From the NCBI GenBank assembly GCA_965203975.1, contig CBDBDT010000001.1, positions 564,466-628,465 of the forward strand: a stretch of DNA of 64,000 nt, in the 5' to 3' direction. The position numbers and the translations under genes were made by a program. Shown in pieces: positions 1-9,194 of the stretch. Below the pieces are notes generated by a model that was not told where the DNA came from, made no database searches, and was given only the letters and a program-made list of their open reading frames with translations. Numbering within the stretch: the stretch's first letter is position 1; the number at the start of each line of letters is the position of its first letter. The stretch is from Dehalococcoidia bacterium (GTDB taxonomy: Bacteria; Chloroflexota; Dehalococcoidia; Lucifugimonadales; UBA3495).

Positions 1-117
1 CTTGAAAGGCGCGACCCGGAAACCGTCCTGCCTGAAGATGCGGCACAGGGCCGAGACTAGGACGCTCTTTCCGACGTGCGACGCGGTGCCCTGCACCATC
101 AGGACCCGGCCGGTCAT
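1..117 (-). CDS. cobQ: cobyric acid synthase CobQ/CbiP, N-terminal 39 codons only (gene runs off the window)
   Basis: Minus-strand ATG at 115-117 overlaps the cobC stop (ATGA). Translation [39 protein letters not shown] resembles the CobQ N-terminus. Absent from the ORF track because it is truncated. Confidence 0.6.
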   Translation of the reverse strand, partial: MTGRVLMVQGTASHVGKSVLVSALCRIFRQDGFRVAPFK

Positions 118-743
118 GGTGCAGCCCCGGCAACCGGAGCGTTCAGGTGCCCGGTGTCGTTGTACAGGTGGAGCACCGCGTTGTCGGAGTAGGTGTACAC
201 CACCGACAGGGCGCAGTTGTGCATCACGAACTTCCAGTTGGCTTCCAGGGGAAGGTCCATCAACGCCACGAACAGCGAGCGCAGTGATCCCCCGTGTCCT
301 ACCACCAGGACTGTGTCACCCAGATGCCGTTCCAGCAGCATCCGGGCGAATCCCGCCAGGCGGGCGCTGCACTCCCTGATGGACTCGCCGCCAGTGGGGG
401 CAAAATCAAGATCGTTGACCAGTGATGCTTCGTACTGCTCCGGGTACTGGCGGGCGTACTCGTGGACCGTCAGCCCCTCGAATACCCCTTTGTGGTATTC
501 TCGCAGCATGCGGGTGGTCTGGAGAGGCGGGCCGGAGTCCCCGAGGATGACCTCGGCCGTCTCCCGGGTGCGGCTCAGGTCACTGGAGTAGGCGGCGTCG
601 AAGACGCAATCCTGGAGACGCCGGGCCACCGTGCGGGCCTGCTCTCTCCCCCGGTCGGAAAGAGGAACGTCCGAGTGGCCCTGGATCCTGCCCTCGGCGT
701 TCCACTCGGTTTCCCCGTGGCGCACAATGTATAACCTTCCCAT
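114..743 (-). CDS. cobC: histidine phosphatase family protein, likely alpha-ribazole phosphatase CobC
   Basis: N-terminal RHGETEWN histidine-phosphatase motif. Last complete gene of a B12 operon. Confidence 0.7.
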   Translation of the reverse strand: MGRLYIVRHGETEWNAEGRIQGHSDVPLSDRGREQARTVARRLQDCVFDAAYSSDLSRTRETAEVILGDSGPPLQTTRMLREYHKGVFEGLTVHEYARQYPEQYEASLVNDLDFAPTGGESIRECSARLAGFARMLLERHLGDTVLVVGHGGSLRSLFVALMDLPLEANWKFVMHNCALSVVYTYSDNAVLHLYNDTGHLNAPVAGAAP

Positions 744-797
744 ATCGTCTAATCACCCCAGGCTGAAACCAGAGTCACTCGCATAACCGTCTTTTCC

Positions 798-830
798 GTC
801 ATTCCCGCGCAGGCGGGAATCCAGACCCCC
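798..830 (+). repeat. GC-hairpin REP-like repeat (family B)
   Basis: GTCATTCCCGCGCAGGCGGGAATCCAG; stem TTCCCGC/GCGGGAA. Related copies at 8504, 31397, 32750, 32822, 40665 and 50476. Confidence 0.7.
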
Positions 831-869
831 GTCCACTACGGGAGGGAATGTTAGTGCGAGAGCGTACAC

Positions 870-2027
870 CTATTCCGACACACTCTCTGATGGATTCCCG
901 CGCAACGCCGCCATGGCCTCGGCCAGCCTCAGGCAGTCTGGTTCCGGCCGGATCCCGATACGGATGTGGGCGGGAAGACCGAAGGACGCGCAGTCCCTGA
1001 CCACCAGCCCGGAACGCAGCAGTTGCTCCCGCATCATCCTACCATCACCGGCTTCCACCAGCAAAAAATTCGCGGGGGAAGGCAGCACTGGATAACCGCA
1101 CTCGGTGAGGCGGTTCGTCAACACCATCTTGCTTTGCTCGACGGCCTCCCTCGCCCGGGGCAGGTACGAATCGTCGTTCAGGGCGTGGAGTCCGGCGGCT
1201 TGGGCCAGGCTGTTGACGCTCCAGTCGGGCTGGAAAGCTGCCAGCCGTCCAATTACCTCCGGCGAAGCGACGGCATAACCGAGGCGCAGCCCGGTCAGCG
1301 CGTAGTCCTTGGTCATGGACCGGAGGACCACCACGGGCGAGCCGTCCACCAGGGGGAGCGAGTCCCATCTGGCGGCAGCGAAGTTGACATAAGCTTCGTC
1401 AAGCACCAGCAGTCCCCCCGCTTCGTCAGCGGCCTCGGCCAGGAGACGGATAGCGGGTTCGTCCAGGTAGACGCCGGTGGGGTTGTTCGGGTTGCACACG
1501 AAGGTCAAAGCCGCCCTTTGGGCAGCTATGTGTTCCGCCACGTCTTCCATGTCCCAGGAAAAGGGGCTGGCGGCTTCCGGGTGAAAATTGGCGTTGCAGT
1601 TGAAGATGCTGGCCCCGGCGAGACGGCAGGCGCCCAGGTACTCGCCGTAGGTGGGCGTCAGTAGCAGGGCGCTCTTCGCCATCTCCCCCACCGGAGGACT
1701 CAGGAACGCCCGGGCCAGCAGGTGAATAATCTCGGTGCTGCCGTTCCCCACGAGGATCGTCTCTGCCGACGTCCCCAATTGTCGGGACAGCTCTTCCCGC
1801 AGCGCCAGGTTCTCAGGGTCGGGATAGGTGGTCAAATCGACCTGTTGCAGGACATCCCAAAGGCCGGAAGGTGGGCCAAGAGGACTGATGCTCGCGCTGA
1901 AGTCCACCACTTGTGAAGGCTCCAGCCCCAGCGCGCGCAGCTCCGATGGGCGGATGCTGCCATGGACTGGCCGTCCAAAACCCTTTGCGCCAAGCGAAGC
2001 GGCGGCCTGCACAAAACGCTCTTCCAA
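870..2027 (-). CDS. cobD: threonine-phosphate decarboxylase (class I/II aminotransferase fold)
   Basis: VDFSASISPLGPP ... YPDPENLALREELS ... ILVGNGSTE pattern typical of CobD/HisC-like PLP enzymes. Operon context supports the call. Confidence 0.7.
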   Translation of the reverse strand: MEERFVQAAASLGAKGFGRPVHGSIRPSELRALGLEPSQVVDFSASISPLGPPSGLWDVLQQVDLTTYPDPENLALREELSRQLGTSAETILVGNGSTEIIHLLARAFLSPPVGEMAKSALLLTPTYGEYLGACRLAGASIFNCNANFHPEAASPFSWDMEDVAEHIAAQRAALTFVCNPNNPTGVYLDEPAIRLLAEAADEAGGLLVLDEAYVNFAAARWDSLPLVDGSPVVVLRSMTKDYALTGLRLGYAVASPEVIGRLAAFQPDWSVNSLAQAAGLHALNDDSYLPRAREAVEQSKMVLTNRLTECGYPVLPSPANFLLVEAGDGRMMREQLLRSGLVVRDCASFGLPAHIRIGIRPEPDCLRLAEAMAALRGNPSESVSE

Positions 2028-2072
2028 TCAGATGGTCTCCTCGTTAGATTACGCGGCCATACCGGATACCGA

Positions 2073-3032
2073 TTACCCCGGCCTGGGCAGGCCCGCCGCT
2101 CCAGCGAGGTAAATCAGGCCCGCTGAAATCACCACAGCTATGCCGGTCACCCAGTACATGCTCAGGACCGCCCGCGATATATCCTCGGGTTCGATTGCCC
2201 GGGTGGCATCCCCCAGCCGGTAGTGGCCGGTCTTCTCCAGCGCCACCCCCAGCGCCCCCGCCATTGCGCTCATCGTCCACCCTGCGTTGGGACTCTCGGT
2301 CCTGCCGTGGTCCCGCCACATAATCCGGCAGGCCCCCCCTGCGCCTTGCCCCGGAACTACCAGGCTGACCATCACCAGCAGCCCAGCGGTCACCCGGGCC
2401 GGAACCAGATTTACCAGGTCATCCAGGCGCGCCGCAGCCTTTCCCAGGTACTCGTAGCGCCCGTGATAGCCTATCATGCTGTCCAGGGTATTGACAGCCC
2501 GGTACGCCACTGCTCCCGGCAGCCCGAACAGCGCAAAGGCCAGCAGGGGCCCAACGATGCTGTCCGTCAGGTTCTCCGACACCGACTCCACCGCCGCCGC
2601 CGCCGCCTGGGCTGCGGTCAAACCTGACGGGTCCCGGCTCACCAGCGCGGGCATTCCTGCCCGGGCCGCTGCGATGTCGTCCCCGCGCAATGACGACCGC
2701 ACATCGGCTGCCGCCCGGTGCAGCATACGGACCGAGAAAGTCGTCTTCAGCAGCAGCGCCGCTCCCCCGACATAAGCCAACGGATGTAGCATCTGAAGCC
2801 CCTGCACCACCGCCCAGGAAGCACCTCCCCACGCTGCCGGTATCAGCAGCGCCACCGCTCCCCCATAGACCAGTTGCATCCCCGGGCTTTTCGGAGCCAC
2901 CCTCTCCGCCCAGCTAATCGTCTTGCCAATCCACACGGTGGGATGCAGCCGGTTGGGAGGCTCCCCCAGAGCCAGGTCCAGCGCCAGCGCCAGCCCCAGC
3001 ACAATGATCTCTACGAAAATGGGATCAGTCAT
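2073..3032 (-). CDS. cbiB: adenosylcobinamide-phosphate synthase CbiB
   Basis: Membrane protein with LGEPPNRLHPTVWIGK, the signature N-terminal region of the CbiB/CobD family. Confidence 0.85.
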   Translation of the reverse strand: MTDPIFVEIIVLGLALALDLALGEPPNRLHPTVWIGKTISWAERVAPKSPGMQLVYGGAVALLIPAAWGGASWAVVQGLQMLHPLAYVGGAALLLKTTFSVRMLHRAAADVRSSLRGDDIAAARAGMPALVSRDPSGLTAAQAAAAAVESVSENLTDSIVGPLLAFALFGLPGAVAYRAVNTLDSMIGYHGRYEYLGKAAARLDDLVNLVPARVTAGLLVMVSLVVPGQGAGGACRIMWRDHGRTESPNAGWTMSAMAGALGVALEKTGHYRLGDATRAIEPEDISRAVLSMYWVTGIAVVISAGLIYLAGAAGLPRPG

Positions 3033-3096
3033 GCCCGGCCTGGCAGCTCCCCCCAGGTTAGCGCTGACGATTGGGATGTCCCGCGCAAGTATCTCA

Positions 3097-3975
3097 TCAG
3101 GACGGCCCCCACCCCGACAGGAGCGGTAGGACCGGCAGTGGTTCCATTACTCCCAGCGGCAGCAGCCCGACCACTGCGATGATCGTCACAGCCTCGACAA
3201 TCTCGTTGGTCGCCCCATAGGTATCCCCGGTCAGACCCCCCAGCATCCTCGCTATACCCGCCCCCAGCAGCCAAGCCAGAAGCGAAGAACCGGCCAGCAG
3301 GATGGCCCCCCCAATCCCCCCGGCGGCCATGACGGATAAGACAGCCGCGGTCAACGCCGCCAGGACCGTGGGAATCCTCCCGCCCCCCTGGTGCAGCGGG
3401 CTCCCCAATCCGCTGCTCCTGGTGTACGGGAACGCCCCCAGTTGCAGCACCATTGCCCACCGGCCCAGGACCGGATACAGGACCAGCGCCCATGCCGGCT
3501 CCATCACATCCTGGGACAGCAGCGAAACCAGCGCCCCATACTTCAGCAGCAGCAGGCACAAAGCCCCCAGGACGGCGAAGGACCCGACATGGGAGTCCCG
3601 CATAATCTCCAGGCGGCGCTCCGGCGTGTACCCCCCGAACAGCCCGTCGCACACATCCATCAGCCCGTCCAGGTGAAGCCCCCGGGTCGCCGCCGCCGAG
3701 ACCGCCACCAGCAGCGCGGCGGTGAGGGCGGGTGGAAACACCAGGGACGCCGCCTTTTCCAGGGCGACCAGCACCACTCCCAGCACCAGACCCACCAGCG
3801 GATAAAACGCCCGCGCGTCGCTAATCTGCCGCTGCGTTGGGCTGCGGCTCCCAAGGGTCGGAAAAAGGGTCAGGAAACCCAGGGCCGCCCAGAAAGCTCC
3901 CAGCGTTACTCTCCCTCGCCGTCCTCCCGGTCGGACACCCCCGCTTCGGCGAAGGTCGCCATCTCCGCCAGGCAC
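3097..3975 (-). CDS. cobS: adenosylcobinamide-GDP ribazoletransferase (cobalamin synthase) CobS
   Basis: Polytopic membrane protein with the FLTLFP motif. The most upstream start is GTG and overlaps the cobT end by 70 nt, so the true start is uncertain. Confidence 0.8.
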   Translation of the reverse strand: MPGGDGDLRRSGGVRPGGRRGRVTLGAFWAALGFLTLFPTLGSRSPTQRQISDARAFYPLVGLVLGVVLVALEKAASLVFPPALTAALLVAVSAAATRGLHLDGLMDVCDGLFGGYTPERRLEIMRDSHVGSFAVLGALCLLLLKYGALVSLLSQDVMEPAWALVLYPVLGRWAMVLQLGAFPYTRSSGLGSPLHQGGGRIPTVLAALTAAVLSVMAAGGIGGAILLAGSSLLAWLLGAGIARMLGGLTGDTYGATNEIVEAVTIIAVVGLLPLGVMEPLPVLPLLSGWGPS

Positions 3976-4985
3976 TTGGCCGCCGCCTCCACGATATGCA
4001 TGGCCAGGGCCGCCCCCGTGCCCTCTCCCAGCCGCATGTTCATCGACAGCAGTGGCTCCAGCCCGATTGCCTCCAGGCCCACCCGGTGGCCCGGCTCAAC
4101 GGATTGGTGGGTGGCGATGAAATACTCCGACGCCTGCGGAGACAACCGCCACGCGATCAGCGCGGCCGCGCCGGAGATGAAGCCGTCGATCAGGACCGGA
4201 CGCCGCCCCGCCGCCGTTCCCAGCATCCCTCCCGCCAGCACCCCTATCTCGAACCCGCCCACCTTGGTCAGCACGTCCAGCCCATCGGATGGATCGGGCG
4301 AATTAACCGCGATGGAGCGGCGCACGACTTCCACCTTGTGCGCCAGCCCCGGATCGTCCAAGCCGGTGCCCCTCCCGGTGGTCACCTCCGGGTCGGCCCC
4401 GGTTATTACGGCGGTAATCGCGCTGGAAGGAGTGGTATTCCCGATGCCCATGTCCCCGAAAGCCAGCAGGTCAGCCCCTGCGGCTATCTGCTCCTGGGCG
4501 GCGCTGATGCCGGTTTCCAAGCACTGGACCGCCTGTTCCCGCGTCATTGCCGGACCAATCGCCATGTTGTCCGTTCCCCGTCCTGCTTTGGCCGAACGCA
4601 CCAGCGGGTTGGCCTCCAGGTCTCCGGCCACCCCCGCGTCGATGATTGCGATCTCAGCCCCGGCATGGCGTGCCAGGACGTTGATTCCGGCGCCTCCCCG
4701 CAGGAAATTCAGCACCATTTGCGGGGTGACTTCCTGGGGATAAGGGCTGACTCCCTCGGCGACCACGCCATGATCGCCGGCCGCCAGGATCACCGCCTTG
4801 CGCCGGATTTGAGGGATTGCCTCGCCCAGCATTCCCGCCAGGGCAATCGACAGTTCCTCCAGCCTCCCCAGGCTGCCGGGGGGCTTGGTCAGAGTGTCCT
4901 GCCGGGCTCTGGCCGCCGCCATTGCCCCTTCGTTCAGGGGCTCGATGGCTTCCAGCGTCGAATCCACCAGGGTTGATATGGCCAT
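3906..4985 (-). CDS. cobT: nicotinate-nucleotide--dimethylbenzimidazole phosphoribosyltransferase CobT
   Basis: QDTLTKPPGSLGRLEEL and GDMGIGNTT motifs typical of CobT. Confidence 0.9.
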   Translation of the reverse strand: MAISTLVDSTLEAIEPLNEGAMAAARARQDTLTKPPGSLGRLEELSIALAGMLGEAIPQIRRKAVILAAGDHGVVAEGVSPYPQEVTPQMVLNFLRGGAGINVLARHAGAEIAIIDAGVAGDLEANPLVRSAKAGRGTDNMAIGPAMTREQAVQCLETGISAAQEQIAAGADLLAFGDMGIGNTTPSSAITAVITGADPEVTTGRGTGLDDPGLAHKVEVVRRSIAVNSPDPSDGLDVLTKVGGFEIGVLAGGMLGTAAGRRPVLIDGFISGAAALIAWRLSPQASEYFIATHQSVEPGHRVGLEAIGLEPLLSMNMRLGEGTGAALAMHIVEAAAKCLAEMATFAEAGVSDREDGEGE

Positions 4986-5068
4986 GCCGGCTCCTTCCTG
5001 TCTCGGCTATAAACGGGAGTGCTGCTGCGGAACTGCGCCGCGGCTGTTCTGATTCGGATGACGAGAAG

Positions 5069-5644
5069 CTAAAATTCGATCCCGGGTTGCGCCTTGATTC
5101 CGCTGTGATAGGGGTGCTTGACCACGCTCATTTCGGTAACCAGGTCCGCGAACTCCACCAGGCCCTCGGGAGCGTGGCGGCCGGTTATGATGACGTGCAG
5201 CATGTCGGGCCGGTTCCTCAACACCTCTACCACGTCCTCCACGGGAATCCAGCCGTAGTGCATCGGGTAGGTGAACTCGTCCAGGATAACGACGTCGTAG
5301 CCGCCCGTGGCGATGATTTCCTTGGCGTCCTCCCAGAGAGCCCTGGCCAGGTCCGCGCTCTGCTCCAGGTCTTGGGACCTCCAGGTGAATCCGTCGCCCA
5401 TCGCCCGCACCGTCACCCCGATCTTCTGGGCGGCCCGCTGTTCTCCGAAGTTGGCCGTCGTGTGCTTGATGAACTGGAGCATCGTGACCTTCATGTCCCG
5501 GCCCCACGCCCGGAACAGCACTCCCATGGCGGCGGTGGTCTTGCCCTTGCCGTTGCCCGTATTGACTATCACCAGTCCCTTGTTGATTCGCGGCCCCTTC
5601 ACCGATTGGGGCCCGGGTTCGGGCGCGGATTGCTGGGTGCTCAT
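5069..5644 (-). CDS. cobO: cob(I)yrinic acid a,c-diamide adenosyltransferase (CobO/BtuR type)
   Basis: [20 protein letters not shown]-loop and DEFTY motif. Confidence 0.9.
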   Translation of the reverse strand: MSTQQSAPEPGPQSVKGPRINKGLVIVNTGNGKGKTTAAMGVLFRAWGRDMKVTMLQFIKHTTANFGEQRAAQKIGVTVRAMGDGFTWRSQDLEQSADLARALWEDAKEIIATGGYDVVILDEFTYPMHYGWIPVEDVVEVLRNRPDMLHVIITGRHAPEGLVEFADLVTEMSVVKHPYHSGIKAQPGIEF

Positions 5645-5710
5645 GCTTCGGCTCCTTGTCTCGGCGTCTTGGTTCAGCGTCTTGGTTCGATGTATGGCGT
5701 CCGGCCCGGC

Positions 5711-7096
5711 CTATCCGTCCCTGGAGCATACCTCCACGAACCGGCGGGCCAGTGATGGCTTGCTCCCCAGGTGGACATGAATGTAGGAGGCCCAGACGTT
5801 GCCGGCCCGAAACCCTTCGGGACGGCCATCCTGGTCCAGGACCTTGTACACGGACTGGCCCGGGTCCGGCGGTTGCTCCAGCACCGACCAGTGGAATTCA
5901 TGGCCCCGTGCCTGCTCGCCCCGCCGTAGCAGCGGACTGTCATCCTGTGATTCAATCTCCCGGTAGCCCAGGTGAAGGCGGCGCCCATCCATCGTTGAAA
6001 CAACCGGAATCGCGCCAACCATGGGAAACTGCACCCCTTCCAGGTCGGACAGGCTCTTTCCCAGGTACATCAGGCCGCCGCATTCGGCGTAAACTGGAAT
6101 GTCTCGGTCAACGGCGTCCCTCATCGCCCCGATCATGGCCCGGTTCTCCGACAGCTCCCGGGCAAACATTTCCGGGAACCCTCCCCCAATATACACTCCG
6201 GTGGTTCCCGCCGGCAGGCCGGGGTCGGCCAGGGGACTGAACGGGGCCAGCTCCGCCCCCCACGCTTCCAGCAGGTCCAGCGAGTCCTGGTAGTAGAAGC
6301 TGAAAGCCTGGTCCTGGGCCACCGCAATCCTGGCTCGCTTCGGCTGGAGTTCATCCGGGAATACTGGCGTGACTTCCCCGCCAAGACCTGGAACCGCCTC
6401 TTCCGGCCGGGCGGTGCGGGCCAGCTTCAGGACCCGGTCCAGGTCGATGGTCTCGTTAACCTGCCGGATTATCGCGTCGTACCACTCGTCCACCACCGTT
6501 CCCTCGACGGTGGGGATCAGGCCCAGGTGCCGTTCCGGCTGCACGAACTCTTCCCGCCGGGGCAGGTAGCCCACCACCGGTATCCCGGTGGTCGCCTCGA
6601 TTTGAGGCTGGCAGAACTCCAGGTGCCGGGGGCCTCCCACTCCGTTGAGGATTACCCCGGCGATTCTCAGGTCGGGGTCGAACCTCTGGTAGCCCAGGAC
6701 TTCCGCAGCCACGCTCCGGGCCACCTTGGAGGCGTCCGCGACCAGGATGACCGGGGCACCCAGCAGTTTCGCCAGTTGCGCCGTGGATCCCTCTTCATCC
6801 AGGCTGGAATGTCCGTCGAATACCCCCATGACTCCTTCGATGATGGAAATGTCGCCTTGGGAACTTGCCCGCTGGAACAATTCGGACACCGTGGCATGGG
6901 GCAGCATCCATGTGTCCAGATTACGCGAGGGTGTCCCGCAGGCCAGCGTGTGATACGACGGGTCGATGTAGTCCGGCCCCGACTTGAAAGGCTGCACCCG
7001 GTGTCCGAGCCGGGTCAGCGCCCCCATGATGCCGGTGGCGATCGTCGTCTTGCCGACGCCGCTCCGCACCCCGGCGACAACCACCGCCGCCGTCAT
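5711..7096 (-). CDS. cbiA: cobyrinate a,c-diamide synthase CbiA/CobB
   Basis: SGVGKTT...VQPFKSGPDYIDPSYH N-terminal ATPase domain plus a C-terminal glutamine amidotransferase region (YAECGGLMYL). Confidence 0.85.
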   Translation of the reverse strand: MTAAVVVAGVRSGVGKTTIATGIMGALTRLGHRVQPFKSGPDYIDPSYHTLACGTPSRNLDTWMLPHATVSELFQRASSQGDISIIEGVMGVFDGHSSLDEEGSTAQLAKLLGAPVILVADASKVARSVAAEVLGYQRFDPDLRIAGVILNGVGGPRHLEFCQPQIEATTGIPVVGYLPRREEFVQPERHLGLIPTVEGTVVDEWYDAIIRQVNETIDLDRVLKLARTARPEEAVPGLGGEVTPVFPDELQPKRARIAVAQDQAFSFYYQDSLDLLEAWGAELAPFSPLADPGLPAGTTGVYIGGGFPEMFARELSENRAMIGAMRDAVDRDIPVYAECGGLMYLGKSLSDLEGVQFPMVGAIPVVSTMDGRRLHLGYREIESQDDSPLLRRGEQARGHEFHWSVLEQPPDPGQSVYKVLDQDGRPEGFRAGNVWASYIHVHLGSKPSLARRFVEVCSRDG

Positions 7097-7123
7097 GGGG
7101 CAGCCTCCCCCGACAGGACCAGC

Positions 7124-7522
7124 CTATCCATTGACCTGCACCTTGTTCCCGTACTTTTCCAGCAGGTGCATGAAAAGGTCGTGCCGGGGCTGGTTGGTCT
7201 CGTCGTTGTCCGACTTCCGCAGGTAGATCCGGAAGACGGTCTCCAGCTCCGCATCCCTAAACCACACCGAGTAGCTGGGCAGGTTGCGCTCGTTCATCTG
7301 GTGAAGGAACTCAACCTCCCGAACCTTATCCAGGTTGAGATGCAGGTGGGTGCCGTCGGCGTCCATGAACGTGACGATGTCTTCCTTTTCGGTGAAGCGC
7401 AGGTCGTCCATCATCATGTAGACTTCGGCGGTGCTGGCCGTGTTTGTAACCATCAACACGACCTCATTGAACCCGACGCCTTTGGTCCCCTTCTGGCATT
7501 CTTCCAGCATTTGCCGAAGCAT
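7124..7522 (-). CDS. hypothetical protein, possibly a ChuX/HutX-like tetrapyrrole carrier
   Basis: ATG at 7520-7522 is preceded by GGGAGG 8 nt upstream; the longer track ORF (to 7603) has a low-complexity N-terminus. The family assignment rests on weak remembered similarity only. Confidence 0.4.
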   Translation of the reverse strand: MLRQMLEECQKGTKGVGFNEVVLMVTNTASTAEVYMMMDDLRFTEKEDIVTFMDADGTHLHLNLDKVREVEFLHQMNERNLPSYSVWFRDAELETVFRIYLRKSDNDETNQPRHDLFMHLLEKYGNKVQVNG

Positions 7523-7615
7523 CAATAGGCCTCCCTGAGTTGATTGTTGGGGTGACCGTGGAGTTGACTGTGCGACTGATTGTTTCCCTATTATGCGGCC
7601 CAAGACGGCTTAACG

Positions 7616-7963
7616 CTACTCCGTTCCCAGGTTATCCCGGAGCAGTCGCGTCAAATCAGGAGGAATCCGCCGGAAGTCGACGGTCCCTCTTCGGGAAATC
7701 GTGGCCTTCCCTTCCGTGGAACCGTAGAGGACCTTGTCCCCGCCGGTTCTGCTGACCACGTCCAGCCTGGGGCCGTAGGTACAGCCAAAGATGCACCGGC
7801 AGGGAGTAACCTGTACTTTGTCGGCCCAGCCGTGGTCGTCTACGGTCTGCTGCAGCCCTTTCAACAACTCAGGGCCGTTGCGTCCCATGTCGTCCGGTAC
7901 GTGGCCGCACCGTCGGGGATCAACGCACACTATGATGTTCAGTTCCTGCTTGTGTCCGGGCAA
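7616..7963 (-). CDS. thioredoxin-like [2Fe-2S] ferredoxin-domain protein
   Basis: TTG start with the strong SD GGAGAGGAGG upstream. Cys pattern IIVCVDPRRC ... TPCRCIFGCTYGPRL resembles thioredoxin-like ferredoxins. First gene after the riboswitch. Confidence 0.55.
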   Translation of the reverse strand: MPGHKQELNIIVCVDPRRCGHVPDDMGRNGPELLKGLQQTVDDHGWADKVQVTPCRCIFGCTYGPRLDVVSRTGGDKVLYGSTEGKATISRRGTVDFRRIPPDLTRLLRDNLGTE

Positions 7964-8020
7964 GGGTCCTCCTCTCCGGGGACTGTATATTATCCACGCT
8001 CCTGCTCCTCTTTCCCTTCA

Positions 8021-8053
8021 GGGAGCCTGGGGCCAATGCCGAGGAGGGGGTTC
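8021..8053 (-). other. perfect 11-bp-stem hairpin in the operon leader with a CCCUCCU (anti-SD-like) loop
   Basis: GGCCAATGCCG / CGGCATTGGCC arms. The minus-strand loop AACCCCCUCCU is complementary to the SD of the first CDS. Confidence 0.5.
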
Positions 8054-8133
8054 GGCATTGGCCCGCAGGGTTCATTGGCCGTTCCTGCTGTCGGCTGCTC
8101 CCCGGCTGCCCGGGGAGGCTGCAGCGAAACCGC

Positions 8134-8166
8134 CAAATAAAAAAACCCGATCCTTCGATCGGGCTG
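8134..8166 (-). terminator. intrinsic terminator (riboswitch expression platform)
   Basis: Minus strand reads CCCGATCGAAGGATCGGG followed by TTTTTTTATTT, directly downstream of the B12 aptamer. Confidence 0.65.
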
Positions 8167-8221
8167 GGGTGTGTCTGCTGGGAGAGGCAGGTCGAATGCA
8201 CCCTCTTTCCGCGAAGGGTTC

Positions 8222-8412
8222 AGTTTCATGCCTGCGGGCAGGTCTCCTGGCTTCTGGCTATTTTCGAGCGGCCCCAGTCTTCCCAGTCGGTTGCGACCAG
8301 TGACCCGGGTTAATCCCGATGGGGTACTCTCGCCAGTTACAGTGGCGGGTCCGCGCCGGATTTTCACCGGCTTCCCTTTTCAGCCCCTTGACGGGGCCAC
8401 CTGCAGGACAAC
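8222..8412 (-). promoter_or_regulatory. cobalamin (AdoCbl) riboswitch aptamer
   Basis: Minus strand contains AAAAGGGAAGCCGGTGAAAATCCGGCGCGGACCCGCCACTGTAAC. It also has the B12 box AGCCAGGAGACCTGCC, the reverse complement of 8237-8252. Confidence 0.9.
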
Positions 8413-8447
8413 TTTGCTTTTTAAGGTGCCTCGGCTAACTCGGATCT

Positions 8448-8476
8448 AGGATACAATCGCACGGCACCCGAGTCAA
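8448..8476 (-). promoter_or_regulatory. putative sigma70-type promoter of the B12 operon
   Basis: Minus strand TTGACT (8476-8471), 17-nt spacer, TATCCT (8453-8448), about 35 nt upstream of the aptamer. Confidence 0.45.
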
Positions 8477-8503
8477 GACTTTGGGATGAATGCAAACCCC
8501 CCC

Positions 8504-8535
8504 GTCGTCCCTGCGGAGGCAGGGACCCAGACCCC
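8504..8535 (+). repeat. GC-hairpin REP-like repeat (family B)
   Basis: GTCGTCCCTGCGGAGGCAGGGACCCAGACCCC. Confidence 0.65.
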
Positions 8536-8608
8536 GGTATTCCCTTCCGGGGCCTGCCTTCCCTGAGGGCAACTTTGCAATCCTCCCGACCGCCAACCCA
8601 CCGCGAAA

Positions 8609-8641
8609 ATACCAACATGCAGATGCCGCAGCTTGCCATAT
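8609..8641 (+). repeat. conserved 33-36 nt upstream motif (family D)
   Basis: ATACCAACATGCAGATGCCGCAGCTTGCCATAT. Related to 54061-54096 and the reverse complement of 32599-32634. Confidence 0.6.
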
Positions 8642-8772
8642 ACACATATCACGCGCAACCATTGCTTAACACCAGCGTCTTCTCCTGGCGGCTTCCTTGA
8701 CACCCCAAAAGGCGGGGGATACCGTTAACCGACTAATCGACCCGATAGGAAAACCGCTTTCAGGAGAGATTC

Positions 8773-9180
8773 ATGCCCACCTACACCTACGACCACATCC
8801 ACGTCAGGACCAAGGATCCCGAGGAGATGGCCAGCTTTTTCGAGGCCATGTTCGGGGCCAAGGTGCTCCACCTCATTCAGAGCGATGGCGCGCCCCGGGT
8901 GGACCTCGACGTGAACGGCCTCGCCATCTTTATCGCCACCGTCCCTCCCGAAGAGCACATGGACTCCAACCCGCGAGACCCTCACCTGGGGCTGGACCAC
9001 TTCGGCTTCCGGGTCGATGACATCGACGGGGCCGTGGCGGACCTCAAGAGCAAGGGGGCCGACATCTGTGTCGAACCCCGCACCATCCGCCCTGGCGTCC
9101 GCATCGCCTTCGTTCGCGGGCCCGATGACGTCCGAATAGAGATCTTGCAGCGCGACGGCTCCGGTCTCATGGAGCATTAG
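8773..9180 (+). CDS. VOC family (glyoxalase/bleomycin resistance/dioxygenase) protein
   Basis: Size and the HIHVRT ... GLDHFGFRVDDID ... pattern are typical of VOC metalloenzymes. Confidence 0.8.
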   Translation: MPTYTYDHIHVRTKDPEEMASFFEAMFGAKVLHLIQSDGAPRVDLDVNGLAIFIATVPPEEHMDSNPRDPHLGLDHFGFRVDDIDGAVADLKSKGADICVEPRTIRPGVRIAFVRGPDDVRIEILQRDGSGLMEH

Positions 9181-9194
9181 CCGGCCGTAAGGGG

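Noticed and set aside
3391-4743. 450-aa plus-strand ORF (also 3837-4976)
   Set aside because: It is antisense to the well-supported cobS/cobT genes. The translation is R/P/G/H/Q-rich and low in complexity, a typical high-GC antisense artefact.
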